Shown one piece after another: positions 38,076 to 55,655 of a stretch of DNA of 64,000 bases (its first letter is position 1; each line of letters starts with the position of its first letter). This DNA comes from Gracilinanus agilis. Taxonomy: Eukaryota. The stretch spans positions 45,398,239-45,462,238 of the forward strand of contig NC_058135.1 of assembly GCF_016433145.1 (NCBI RefSeq), given 5' to 3'. The translations under genes and the position numbers were made by a program. Below the pieces are notes generated by a model that was given only the letters and a program-made list of their open reading frames with translations, was not told where the DNA came from and ran no database searches.

Positions 38076-39865
38076 CTCATCTCTAAAATGCTAGCACCTA
38101 TTTCTAGGATAGTTGCAAGGATAAAATGAGATGATGTTTGTAAAGCTTTTTTTCAAATCTTAAAGCAATATATAAATGTTGGTTATTATTATATGATCAT
38201 ATCATATAATTATATTCTTATTATATGATGATCATTTATTTATCTGGGGTCAAAGACATACTTCACCAATGAAGAGGAAGTCAAAGCAATTAGTAGGAAT
38301 TGCTTCAATGCCAATAAATCTAAATGAAGTGGACAAATACTGAAAAACATACAAATTGCCCACCCCATCTCCGAAAAAGAAATTGAGCAAAGGCATACTT
38401 CATCCCAACATTATCCCACAACCAATTCAAAGATAACAGTCATCACAAACCATTTATCTAAACTAAGTATTCATATAGAGGCATGTAAAAAAGGTAACAG
38501 AGGTATTTCATTTTGTTGTAGTTACCAACACAGAATCAGAAAATGTCTATCAAAAGTATTTATTAAATACTTTAAATAGTATTAATTATATATAAATAAA
38601 ATATTAAATTTAAATTATTATACATTTAAAATTAATTTAATTAGGGACAATTCTTTAAATATAGAATTAAATAATAAATACTAATTAATTAATTTAAAAT
38701 TTTTTAATGTATTATATGTGTGCCAGGCATTGTGCTGGGTTCTGAGGATAGAGACCCAAAGCTGAAACAGTCCCAGCCTTCATGTAGTTTAAATTCTGTG
38801 AGGGAAAGTATGTCCCAAAAAGTCTTAGGGCAATTTTGAGCTATTAAAGCTTAAATATTATTATTATCATTATTATTCCTTTAAGCTACTCTGTAAATCT
38901 GGCATTTTGAATCCCTGAACGTGTGGAGAGGGAGAAGTGAACAGCATTGTACTTTCTCAGTACTGTAAACAAGTGGAAATGCAATTCTTGTCGTGGAGAA
39001 TAAAATCTCTTTGAAATTGAGACCATTAAAAATACATATGTACTATATAGAATAAATATAATAATATACTATATAACAAGTTTATATAGTATATTATTAT
39101 TATTCAAGCTTAATCACATAGCCAATTAGTCCATGAAAGCTCGAAACTGCACTGGGATTTTTGGAGCACCAATATATGTAAATGCAAAACACATACGAAG
39201 TGACATAGAGGATAAGTGGGGACATCAGCAAGAGAATCAGAAAAGGCTTCCTGCAGATGATGTATCTGAGCTGAGCTTTGTAGGGATTCTAAGAGGGGGA
39301 TTTGGTCACAGAGGACAAGAAAGGACTTTGGAGATCTAGTCTACCTCCTGCCTTCCCCCCAATTTTGCAGAAGAGAAAACTAAGACTTGGGAAGGAGAAG
39401 GTGGCCCAGACTCATTCAGTAATAGCAATGGACCTGAAAAGTATCATATAAATCAAATTTTTCTAAATTGAATTACTTTGGAGCTTGATTTATAAATGAC
39501 ATTTAATTAATTCATGCTTTTCATAAACCTAGATTCTCAAAAGCCTCCAATGAGGCATACACTGCTTACAGCAAACACTGTTTGTGAGTCCATTCCAAGA
39601 CTGGCACAGATGTGGGAAACAGTAACTTGAAACCATTTCTAGCCACTGAAAATAACTCCCTTCTCTGTTTACCTGCACTTTTCCTAAAAAGGAATTTATT
39701 TTTCTCATTGGAAAGAAAGAAAATCTAAATCGAGTTCAATATAAAGAACTGCCTAACAAGTATAACTGTCCAAAAGTGGAATGGTTTCACCCTAGAAGGG
39801 AGTTTTCCTGTCATGAAGGCTTTTAAGTGGGGGCTGCCTATGTCAAGCATATAGTAGAGGGGATT

Positions 39866-40358
39866 GGAACTGAAGCAAACCAAAATAAAGTGGCTTACCC
39901 AAGGTTATATGGCTAGTGTCTATTGCTGGATTTGAACTAAGTCTTCCTGACTCTGTACCTAGATGGAATATTGGAATGGTCCAGTTTAGCACTTTAATTA
40001 CACACACATACACACACACACACACAACCTGATAATCCCTCTACTCTATTCTGATACATAGGGCCTAGCCTCACAAAGTTTTGAATTGTTGTGATGACAA
40101 AAAATAGATCACATTTAAAGAAATCATTGTAACTCTCATCTTTCAAGAACCCTGGGGAGTTAAATATTATTGATCCTTTTTTTTTTACAAATTAGGAGAC
40201 TGAGGCTTGGAGAATTAAACTATTGGCTCATGGTCGCATGGCTAGTATGCACTCAAATTGAATGCTCTCTTCTTCTACCTCCATGATGATTGGCTTTGAT
40301 TTGAACCTAGGACACACAACAGATGCTGGTTGACTGACTGAGCAGAAAGCCTTTGCTC
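39866..40358 (-). repeat. Arm B of the inverted duplication
   Basis: Example: 40321-40358 reverse-complements to gagcaaaggctttctgctcagtcagtcaaccagcatct versus arm A gagcaaaggctgcctgctcagtcaatcagccagcatct (4 mismatches in 38). Lacks the 11-nt atcaagcactt present in arm A. Confidence 0.93.
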
Positions 40359-40479
40359 AGTCCAATTATTTCATCAAGTATTTCCAGAAAAGTGATTTTT
40401 TTCCTTCTGGAAATGGAAATTTCCCATTCTTTTTGTATCAAAATTCTTTGACTCCTCTTCTCTCCTTCTTTCCTTCAGT

Positions 40480-41830
40480 GTCTGACAATGAGATAGCCTT
40501 TCTGCTTGCTCATTTCTTCTCTTCTCACTCACTTGTCAACTCTTTGCAAAATGGCTTCCAACTTCATCACTCAACTGATACAATTTTCTCCAAAGCTTTC
40601 AATTATGGTCTTTTCAAAGGCTTAATCCTTCTGGACCTAGCTGCTACATTTGGCACTACTGACTTTCTTCTGGAACTCTTCTCTGGATTTTCATGAAATT
40701 ACTCTCTCTTAGTTCACTTTCTTCCTGTCCAACTGCTATTTCTTGGTCTTCTTCAGTGGAATCATTCATCATCCATATCATCCTTAATGACTGTGTCTGC
40801 TCCCCAATGGATTTAATTATCATTTCTATGCAAATTACACACGTACACACACACACACACACACACACACATATCCAGCCCCAGTCTTTTCCTTGAGCCT
40901 CTGTCCACATCGCCAACTGTCCACTGGACCTTTCAAACTGGATGTCCTGGAGATATCTTCAATTCACTACTCAAAAAATGAACTCATTATCTTTTGCCCT
41001 ATACCTTCCCCTCTTGCAAACTTTTCTGTTTCTGACCAAGGTATCACCCTCCTTCAAGTCTCAGAGGTTCATAACCTTGGCCTTTTCTGTGATTGTTCAC
41101 TCTCTCTCACCCCATATTTCCAACCAGTTGCCAAATCTTGCCTTTTATACCTTTACAACATGTCCTCCTCTCTGTATTTACACCCCTTCATTTCAAGCCC
41201 TTATTGCCTCTCACCTGGAGTATGGCAACAGTTTTCTAATTGGTACCCAGCCCAAGTCTCTCCTTCTTTCTGCTATAGTCCAGTCTACACACTGCTGCCA
41301 AAGTCATATTCTGGAAGTGCAGATTGGAGCTTTTTGTTGCCCTAATTAATCAACTCCAGGGGCTTCCTATTTTCTCTAAAATAAAATATAGACTCTTCTG
41401 TTTAATGTTTCATGCCACACACAACCTGGCTCTAAGCCATCTTTCTAGCCTCACTAAACATTATTCTCCCTCTTGCACTCTGCAGTCTGGCCAAATAAAC
41501 CTCTTTGTTCCTCCAGTCAATATTTCAGCTCCCACTTCCATCACAACCTTGAAATGTACTCCTTCTTTATGCTTCAAAGAATTCCTGTTTTCCTTCAAAA
41601 CATGGTTCAAGTATCACCTTTCCTTATGATCCCTGTTAATTGCTAGTACCCTTCTTCCCAAACTATCTTGTAAATTGACTACTTTGTATAAATTTGTATT
41701 CGTTCCTTTTAAAATGATGCTACATATATTTTCAAACGTTCTTGTCTCCTCTATTCAAAAGTATGTTCCTGACATGTAGGGATTGTTTCATTCTTTGGCC
41801 TTTGTCCTCAGTGTCTAGTACAGTACCAGG
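40480..41830 (-). mobile_element. Long L2 relic including an ORF2-derived part
   Basis: caaaatggcttccaacttcatcactcaactga...ctggacctagctgctacatttggcac (LDLSAAFD-like), followed by 3' L2 motifs. Accounts for the ORF-track calls at 40433-41629. Confidence 0.7.
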
Positions 41831-41897
41831 TACTTTTTTGTTGTTCCTTTAGTCATTTTTCAGTTGTCCAACTCTAAGACAAAAGGCCAAGGGCTAG

Positions 41898-42087
41898 CAG
41901 TGGTTCCCAAACTTTTTTGGCCTACCGTCCCCTTTCCAGAAAAAATATAACTTAGCCCCGTGGAAATTAATTTTTTTTTAAATTTTAATAACAGTAGGAA
42001 AGATAAATGCACCTGTGGCCATCACCGCTTCTCTGGATCGCTGCAGCACCCACCAGGGGGTGGTAGTCCCCACTTTGGGAATCATTG
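41898..42087. mobile_element. Second copy of the same hAT MITE, opposite orientation, inserted in a SINE
   Basis: TIRs cagtggttcccaaa / tttgggaatcattg. Colinear with the reverse complement of 2809-3002. Flanks share ggctag (degenerate TSD). Interrupts a SINE1-like element at its gggctag(g) position. Confidence 0.9.
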
Positions 42088-43369
42088 GGCTAGAACGCAG
42101 GGTTAAGGGTTGTAGAGCTAGGAAGTGTCTGATATTAGATATGAATGCAGGTCCTTCTGATTCCAGGCCTAGAGCTCTAGCTGAGCCACCTAGCTGCCCC
42201 CTATTATTACATTATTAATTATTATTAAGATGAGGAACTAGAATTATTTTTGCCGAGAATATTCCCTTTCTCTTAGTAATTCAAGTTTTTCATTTCCAAG
42301 GCATCTTTGAAACTTCCATTTCCCCATCCTTCTACATCCAGGCATTTGTCTAGTCCTATTCATTCCATTTTAAGGGAATCTTTGACATCCATCCCTTTCT
42401 TTCTACTCATTCAGTCAACACATTGGTACAGTTTGTCATCACCTCTCATCTAGAGTGTCTAATAGCCTCTTTTCAGTATCTTTTTCATCTCTCTGCTTCT
42501 CAGAAGTCTTGTCTCCATTTGAATCTCAATTCAGATTTCTCCTCCTGGGAGTAACACTCTTCAATGGGTGGTGTCTTTTCTGCATTGGTTTTCATTGTAC
42601 TGTATCGACTTGTGTACATGTTGTGTCACCTTTCTTGAAAGAATGTAAGACTATAATCACAGGTCTTGTAAAAGTAAAAGAATATAAGCTCCTTGAGGGC
42701 AGGGACTGTTACTTTTTTGTCTTTGTATCCCCCTTGTCTCCTCTGGTGTCTGGTACCTGGGAGTTCTTAATCAGTATTTGTTGATTGATTCAGAGATCCC
42801 CTTCTTTGAAAGACATGGTGATGTAGTACATAGTTGGCCTTGGAATTGGCCTTGTAGACAGAAAGGTTCAGGTCCCACTTCTGAAGCATACTGGTTGTAT
42901 GACCTCAAGAAGTTATTTATCTTCTCAGGGCCTTTGGCAATTCTCTACAATAATAATATTATGCAGAACCTATTTGTAGTGGTTAGAAAGAATTTCCTTC
43001 TTGGGAGTTCCTTATGCCAAAAAAAATGTACTTCCTATCTCTCTTTGCTTAGAATTATCCCCAAATAGAGGGGAGAATTGTCATTTGTAGCTAACAGCCC
43101 ATGCTTTGGATTATATGATATTTTGAAAGTCCCTGGGGGAGATCAGAATACCCTGGCATTCAGCCAACTGGCCACAATGAGGAAATCACTCATCTAGAAT
43201 GGCACTGCAGGCATTCCTGCTAGTTTTAGGTCTTACTCCACCCCAGGGCAACCCTAGCGTAAATACTTCCAGCCTGGGTTGAGTTCACATAACTTGGTGC
43301 TTCCCTCGGAGTTCTGCTCTAGGTATGAACTGACTTTGCTGATCTTGAAAGGCCCTTCGGCAGACTATA

Positions 43370-43900
43370 AATAGTTGAACCCCTACCTAAAGCATAAATC
43401 ACTTCTAAGGCATCCCCAGTAAGTGGTCATCCAGTCTCTCCTTGAACTTTTTTGGTGGCAGGGAACTCGGTACCTCACAAAGCACCCTGGGTCATTATCG
43501 GTTAGCTCTCATTGCTAGGAAATACTTCCCAATATTGAACTGAAATCTCCCTCCCAGTAACTTTCATCCATGGCTTGGTTACAGGACTTTCTTGATGAAC
43601 TAATCCCTGCAGGGAAGGTCCTAAAGAGACTAACTGGAACAGGTAGGCATCTCTTGTAGGGACACTCTTCAAGAAGATATTAGACTTAGCAAGATTGATG
43701 ACTAATGATCTTATGTGCAGAAGCTTAGCCAATAGCAGGAAACTACTTAGAAGGATTTTATATAATCCTGGGGCCAGGCCAGTCCCAAAGCAAAGCAATA
43801 TGACTCTCTGGTTGGGTGATGGGGGAGAATAGGGTTGGTTCCTGGGCTGGAACAGATTTGGGGGAAAAGGAGAGAGGATGGAATGCAACTCGCCTGCTAA
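43370..43900 (-). mobile_element. L3/CR1 3' fragment
   Basis: gtggtcatccagtctctccttgaac...gggaactc...acctcac...gctctcattgctaggaaa is the reverse complement of the CR1 3' end. Confidence 0.6.
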
Positions 43901-44404
43901 CCTACAAAAGGAGAGTTCCTGTGGACGTTAAGCTTTCTAACTGATCTTTGAGCCTCATTGCTTCTTTCTCCAACCCATCTTCCATACAGCCACCAAGGAC
44001 ACATTCCTAAAGCATCCTTTTACCATCTATCTCTCACTCTCGTGCCCAAGGAAGTCACAAAACAAAAAGTATTAGCCAATTTTTCTTTCTTTCATTGGAC
44101 CTGTGATTTCCTTAGGGTAGGACGTTCCCAGCTAGGAACTTTCTCTACCAATTCAGACCTGTACCTACTCTGCAATAAATGAGAGGCTTGGTAAGTTGCC
44201 TGTGGTCCTGTGATTTTAAACAAGTTGCCCAGGATCACACAGCTTATACATGTCAGAGGAAGGACTGGAACCTAGGTCTTTCCAACCTTGATACCAGTTC
44301 TCTAGCCCCAACTCCATGTTGTACTCAGGAGAAATTGCAAAGAGAAGAGGCACAATAGGGTGGGAGGGGAGGCATGATAACAAAAGAAAGGTATACAGAT
44401 AGAA

Positions 44405-44830
44405 GAGCCAGCTAGGTTGCTCAGTGGTTAGAGAGCCAGGCCTATGGATAGGAGGTCCTGGGTTCAGATTTGACCTCAGATATTTCCTAGCTGTGTGACC
44501 AAGTCATTTAACCCCAATTGCCTGGCTCTTACAGCTCTTCTGCCTTGGAACCAATACTTAGCATTAATTCTAAGACAGAAGGCAAAGGTTTAAAAAAAAG
44601 ATCTCCTAGTATGTGCTGGGCAGCTAGAATGCTCAGTAGATAAAGTGCTGGGTCTGGAGTCATGAAGGTTTGAGTTCAAATCCAGCCTTAGCCATTGTCT
44701 AACTATATGACCATAGGCAAGTCATTGAACTCTGCTTGCCTTATTTTCCTCATCTGTAAAATGAACTGAAGAAAGAAATGGCAAATGGGGTCACAAAGAC
44801 TTGGACAAGACAGAAACAACTGAACAACAA
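44405..44830 (+). mobile_element. SINE1-like SINE (44405-44598) followed by a MAR1-like SINE (44618-44830)
   Basis: Head, CORE and family-specific tails recognisable. Confidence 0.8.
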
Positions 44831-47271
44831 AGACTCTGGGCCAGGCTCTGTGACCTGTGCTGGAGATATAAAAACTTCCTCTCATCTGAAGATGCTCCCA
44901 GGCTAATGTGGGAGACAACATGTGAACAGTTATATACTATAAAATAAAAATAGGATCTCTTGAAGAAGGGGGGACTTGAGCAAAGACATAACGGAAGTCA
45001 GAAGGTGGAGATAGGAAAGGAGAGTCTTTCTGGAATGGGAAACAATCAGAGAAAATGCACAGTTGGGAAATGGTCAGTGGTGTTTGAGGAAAAGCCAGTA
45101 CCACATAATAACTGTGTGACGTTAGGGAAGTTCCTTAATCTCTCTGTGCCTCAGGCAACTTTCTAAGACCTAAGTAGTCAGCATGGTGTACCAGAAGGGC
45201 ACTGGACTTGGAACCAGAAAGATCTGGGTTCAGACAAATTGTGTGATTCTGGACAGATCAATTAAACTTCTCTGTGCCCCATTTTCCTGATTTGTAAAAT
45301 TGTACTTGATGGCTTCTAAAGCTCTAAGATCCTAAATTCTATAACAAGTTCTCAGAATTAGGGTTAAGTCCTCATCACCTATGTCCTGGACTTCTTGCAA
45401 TAGCCTTGCATTTGGCATGCCTGCTTCATCCCATTCTCCTCTCCTTTCCAGCTCAATAAACTCTAATGTCTCCCTAATACCACTACTGACTCCCCTGCTT
45501 GACGTTTAAAGCTTTTGACAACCTGGCCTCTTCTTACTTTTCTAACCTCACATTTCTCCTCTCCATGAACTCTTCTTTCTATCCATCCATACTGAGCTTT
45601 GCCATGAAGCCTGACCTCCCTCACCAGTTAGAATCCCTGGTTTTGCTTTGAGTGTTGGCTCAACTTCAGATGCCCTCAGTTTCCATGCCTGGCCTCCCCA
45701 AAGTCAAGTACCCTGCATGGTACCCCATTTTGTTCATATACTTTGCGTTTATGTAGGTAGCAGACCTTGGAAGACAGAAGCTGCTACCCTTAAATATGTA
45801 CATGTTGTCTCCCCTGTTGACTCCTGGAGGTCGAGGATTGTTTCATTTCTGTCTTTTTGTGTCCCCAGGAATTAACACCTGGTGTTCAGTGCTTTATAAA
45901 TGCAATCACCTCGTTTAATTCTCCCCAAAAATCATGATAGATGGGCAGGTTTGATATTATTGTGCCCATATTACAGATGAGAACACTGAAGACCCGAGAG
46001 CCTTGCTGGAAAGCACATGTTTACTTTTCAGTTTCTAATTCACAAGGCTGCTAATCTCTAACCCAGGGCTTTTCCCACTCCATCTGAAGAAACTTCCTTC
46101 TTTCCTTTTTGGTTTTCCTCAGTTTTTAGGGGGCAAGAGCTCACTCAGTCAGAAAGCATTTGTTCATTATGTGCTGTCTGTCAGGCATTCTACTAGACCC
46201 AAGGTAGTCAAAGAAGCAAATAATAATGATACAAAGAATAATTTCCTATAGCTTTGAAAACAGCAAGATTTACAAGAACGTTATATATTCATTAACTCTT
46301 TTGGTCCTCTCGAGGTGGTTGCTGTTATTATCATCCCCATTTTATAAAGGAGGAAACTAGGTGGTGTCTGAGATATATCAGGAAGTCCAGTGTTCTAGTG
46401 TTCTATCCACCTACATGAAACAGTTCCTGCATTCAAGGAATATACATTCTCAAATCTCCGTCAGATTGCTTACTATCTCAGGGTGGAGGGGGGAGATTTT
46501 GAGGGACAGATAAAGTGGGTGGGAGAGAGAGAAGGGAGAGAACTTGAAACTCAAAAAATGTTAATGAATGTTAAAAATGTTTTTACATGTAATTAGGGAA
46601 AAATAAACTATTACAGTAAAAAAGAGTTTATATTCTATTAAAGGTCATAGCCTGTACCTAAACATATAATAACTACAAAATCAATAAGGCACTTTAAGGC
46701 TCGCAAAACACTTTCCTGCCAACATCCCTGTGAAGTTGGTGGTAGTCAGACTATTCTCTCTATCTTAGGGATGTTCAGAAAAAATGGCATAGTTTAGGTA
46801 TTTGTCCATGATCAGACATCTCTTAATTGTCAGCTGCAAAGCGGGGGAAAGAGTGAAGGGAATACATGTGGAAATGAAGGAGATTTAGGAACAAAATATA
46901 TTAATACCTTTTTTTAAGTATATAAGTACCAGAGTCTATATTCAAAGAGAGACTCTAAATCCTTTGTCTACCCACAAGCCAAAAATTTGCTTTTCTTAGG
47001 GTCATGGAATTATAGCTGTAAGGGACCTCAGAGGACATCTGGTCCAAACCTCTCCCTTTATATACAAATGAAGAATGTTCAAGTCCAGAGAGTTGTCTGG
47101 TTAATGGAAGAACCAGGATTCAAACTCAGGTTCTGGTGATGCCAATTTTAGCATTCCTTCCATTTTAGCAAAGCCTCCTTCCCTGCTGGGAGAATTTATC
47201 TTCTACAGTCTATAACTGGTCACCAGGAATGAGAAAAACCTACAGGTATGAGTTACTTAAAATCTCCCTTA

Positions 47272-47475
47272 GCGGGGTAGCTAGGTGGCTCAGTGGATTG
47301 AAAGCCAGATTTAAAGACAGGAGATCCTAGGTTCAAATTCCACCTGAGACACTTCTTAGCCATGTGACCCCAGGGTCACTTAGCCCTCATTGCCTAGCCC
47401 TTATCCCCTTCTGCTTTGAAACCAATACATAGTATTGATTCCAAGAGAGAAGAGAAGGGTTTCAAAAATAAAATA
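47272..47475 (+). mobile_element. SINE1-like SINE
   Basis: ggggtagctaggtggctcagtggattgaaagccag... Degenerate TSD aaatctccctta / aagtctcccata. Confidence 0.8.
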
Positions 47476-47617
47476 AAGTCTCCCATAATTTGTAGATGGC
47501 ATATGTACAAGAATTGAACCATCCATCTCTGAATAATGAAGAATGGGGACAGGAGAGAGGAAGAAGGGATTATATTTTCTCCCAAATGCCCATAGGACAG
47601 ACAGCTTCCCCCCTACC

Positions 47618-47655
<38 letters not shown>

Positions 47656-47681
47656 GCACGCACGCACGCACGGGCGCGCAC
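47618..47681 (+). repeat. (CA)n grading into (CACG)n and GCGCGC
   Basis: acacac...acacgcacgcacgcacgcacgcacgggcgcgcac. Confidence 0.93.
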
Positions 47682-49355
47682 TTCCCTCCATTCCTCTGAA
47701 AATGAGATCTGAAGATCAGGGTGTGTGTCTTAGATTGGAACAAAAGCACATTTGGTGTGTGATGCTTCCCTTTGCTTCCTGCAGAGTCCCTGGCGCTCCC
47801 CTAGGTGTCTGACTAAACAAGAAGCAGTGTTTCCTAGCAAGCTCAGGCAGACCAGGTTGGCCTGGGATGAGAGCTAACAAAGGAGGAAGTACACCTTTTC
47901 ATTTTATCCCACAGCCATTTCCTCTCCTCATCCTGCAAGACCCAAAAAGAGATCTTAACATGATGGGGCACATACAAGGCCAGGTTAGGAGCCTAGCCTA
48001 GCCATCCCTAGACCTCTTTAGGCAGTGTGGAGCCAAAAGATGGCGACCTGGCCAGCCAGAGGGCGGCGGGAGTAGGTTACAACATTGGCATTTTCAGCTT
48101 TCCAAAAGGTCAAGTTGTGTGAGTGAGCTGCTGGGAGAGAGGATGAGTGGGTGCATAGGTGCGAATGCCTCTAGTAATAGCCAATGAAGACCTAAATGGT
48201 CTGACCTTACAGTCACATGTCAGAGCTAAAGACTAAGGCTTAAGAAATAGCACTTCCCTTTGGAACATTATTGAATTGGGCCAGAAGATGAGAAGGTGAG
48301 TGAATAAGCCATATGGATGCTAATAGCCACTTTCTAAAAGAACAAGAAATTGCCTTTTGCCCCGAACCTCTGAAAAGCAAGTGAACTAATCAGATTCCTA
48401 AATCTAGTTGTTAACAAATCTGTACAGCATGCCGGGCACAGGGTGAAGTGCTGGGCATACAAAGATGAGGATGAATCGGACTCTCAAATTGCCCCCCCCC
48501 CAAAGAGTCCATGGCTTTGTTATTGATGCTATTTGTTTTCTGTGCTGTGGTGGGGGTGGGTAGGTGATAGAGGGAAGGGTGGGGGGATGGTGGTTCAGAG
48601 GAGCTAGGAGAGAGGAGAGAGTATGGATAAACAGAACCCACAGCCCATCCCCAAACCTCATTTGCATTTCTTCCCAGATGCAACTGTTTTTCAGAGTTTT
48701 AGCAAGTAACTAAATTAGCTGACTTGAGGTTCCTCACCTCTTCTAGCTCCTGGCTTTAGGTTCTTAGGAAAAAAAATGAAGTGACTGAAGTCAGAGATGG
48801 GAGAGGCTCATGAAGGGTTGGAGAGAAAAGTAGTCACAGAAGAAGCAACTGGCATGGAAGATGCAGAAACTAGAAGGAAGGGGGAGGGAAAGAACCTGGG
48901 ATTTCCTAGTGAAGGAACTCTCTCTGCCAATGCAGATTAGCCCCCTCTCTGCAATTTAGTCTGGGAGAGTCAGCCCCTAGAAATTTAGGTCCTGAGGAAT
49001 TAGAATGGGATGGACTCGATCCCCCCTGAAATGCCCACCTGACAAAGACTGGCCTCCCCCTCTCTCCACACTGTGAACTCGAGTGCCCTAGAAATGGATT
49101 GAATGTATGTGCCTATATATATGCTCACACACATATAGCTCTATATGTACACACATCTAGTCTGTGGGCATATATGGAGCCATTTCAATGCCATTGGTTT
49201 CCTTTGCAATCCTATTTTATTTTAAACATTTTAAAACATGATTCTAAAAGGGGCTCTTCCAGTCCAGTGCCAAAGGGGACCATGGCACATAAACAAGAGA
49301 CTGAAAACCTCTACTTTAGAACGGAAGGCCCTGGGGCTTGCAATTGGAGACTTAC

Positions 49356-54870
<5,515 letters not shown>

Positions 54871-54957
54871 TTAGTGTCCAGTATCTAGTCATATTGAAAC
54901 CAAACGTCTGGATGGAGCTGAGATTCCAGAGAGAATTTTAAGAGAGAGAGGGAAAGA

Positions 54958-54962
<5 letters not shown>

Positions 54963-54996
<34 letters not shown>
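54963..54996 (+). repeat. Poly(A) run of about 34 nt, poly(U) in C4orf54 pre-mRNA about 135 nt upstream of the acceptor
   Basis: Direct reading. Confidence 0.9.
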
Positions 54997-54998
<2 letters not shown>

Positions 54999-55645
54999 AG
55001 GTTGGGGCGGAGGGGAAACAGAGGTTTGAGAGAGAGGGATCATACATATTTTTACCCCCAAACAATCAGAGGGCTTTGTAACCTCTACTTTAGATAATTG
55101 AGGAAATAGTAAAATATTCTTCAGCTTTCTCACCTCTTTCATCTCCCAAAGTCCCAAATTAATGGGACTTTACCCTTTCCCTCTCCCTGATTTGCATTGC
55201 ATCTCTTTAAAGCCCCGTTCTTCATCACAGAAATTCTGGAAAGGGTTCAAGATTTCCCTGAGAAGTGGTCTAACGTTCCCTTGGAAAGGCATCCAATTCC
55301 TCTTAGGAGCAGCTGAAGGGGTTGGGTTCTGGCAAGAAAGTTGTTAACAGGAGAAAAGAGCCTCTTCCACAAGCCCCCAAGTTGCCCTCCCTAGTCTCGC
55401 CCCTCAATTCTCAATGTTTTTTTGGAAGTCTAGTCTAGAATGTTTATAGAGCCAACAAAAAGGACAACGGTGAATTCTTCACAGAGCAAGCGAGTGAAGC
55501 TTTGTCAAGCTTTTCAGATATGGTCGCTAAAGTGGAGGAATTGGAAGGGTTTGAAGGCAGAAAATGGAGGCTCCACCATTCCCCCAACAAAGGTTTTGAA
55601 AGGTCTCTGAATTTGTGAAACCCCAGCCAGACAATAAGCCCCTAA

Positions 55646-55655
55646 TTAAATATAG
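55646..55655. promoter_or_regulatory. MEF2 consensus site (TTAAATATAG) in unique sequence upstream of the C4orf54 coding exon
   Basis: Matches YTAWWWWTAR. Plausible for a muscle/heart-type gene, but such matches arise often by chance in AT-rich DNA. Confidence 0.25.

Noticed and set aside
37923-40025. Two similar short ORFs (MCVCV..NWTIP..) suggesting a small gene pair
   Set aside because: They are translations of the two inverted-duplication arms over microsatellite and MIR sequence, starting at GTG in a TG repeat.
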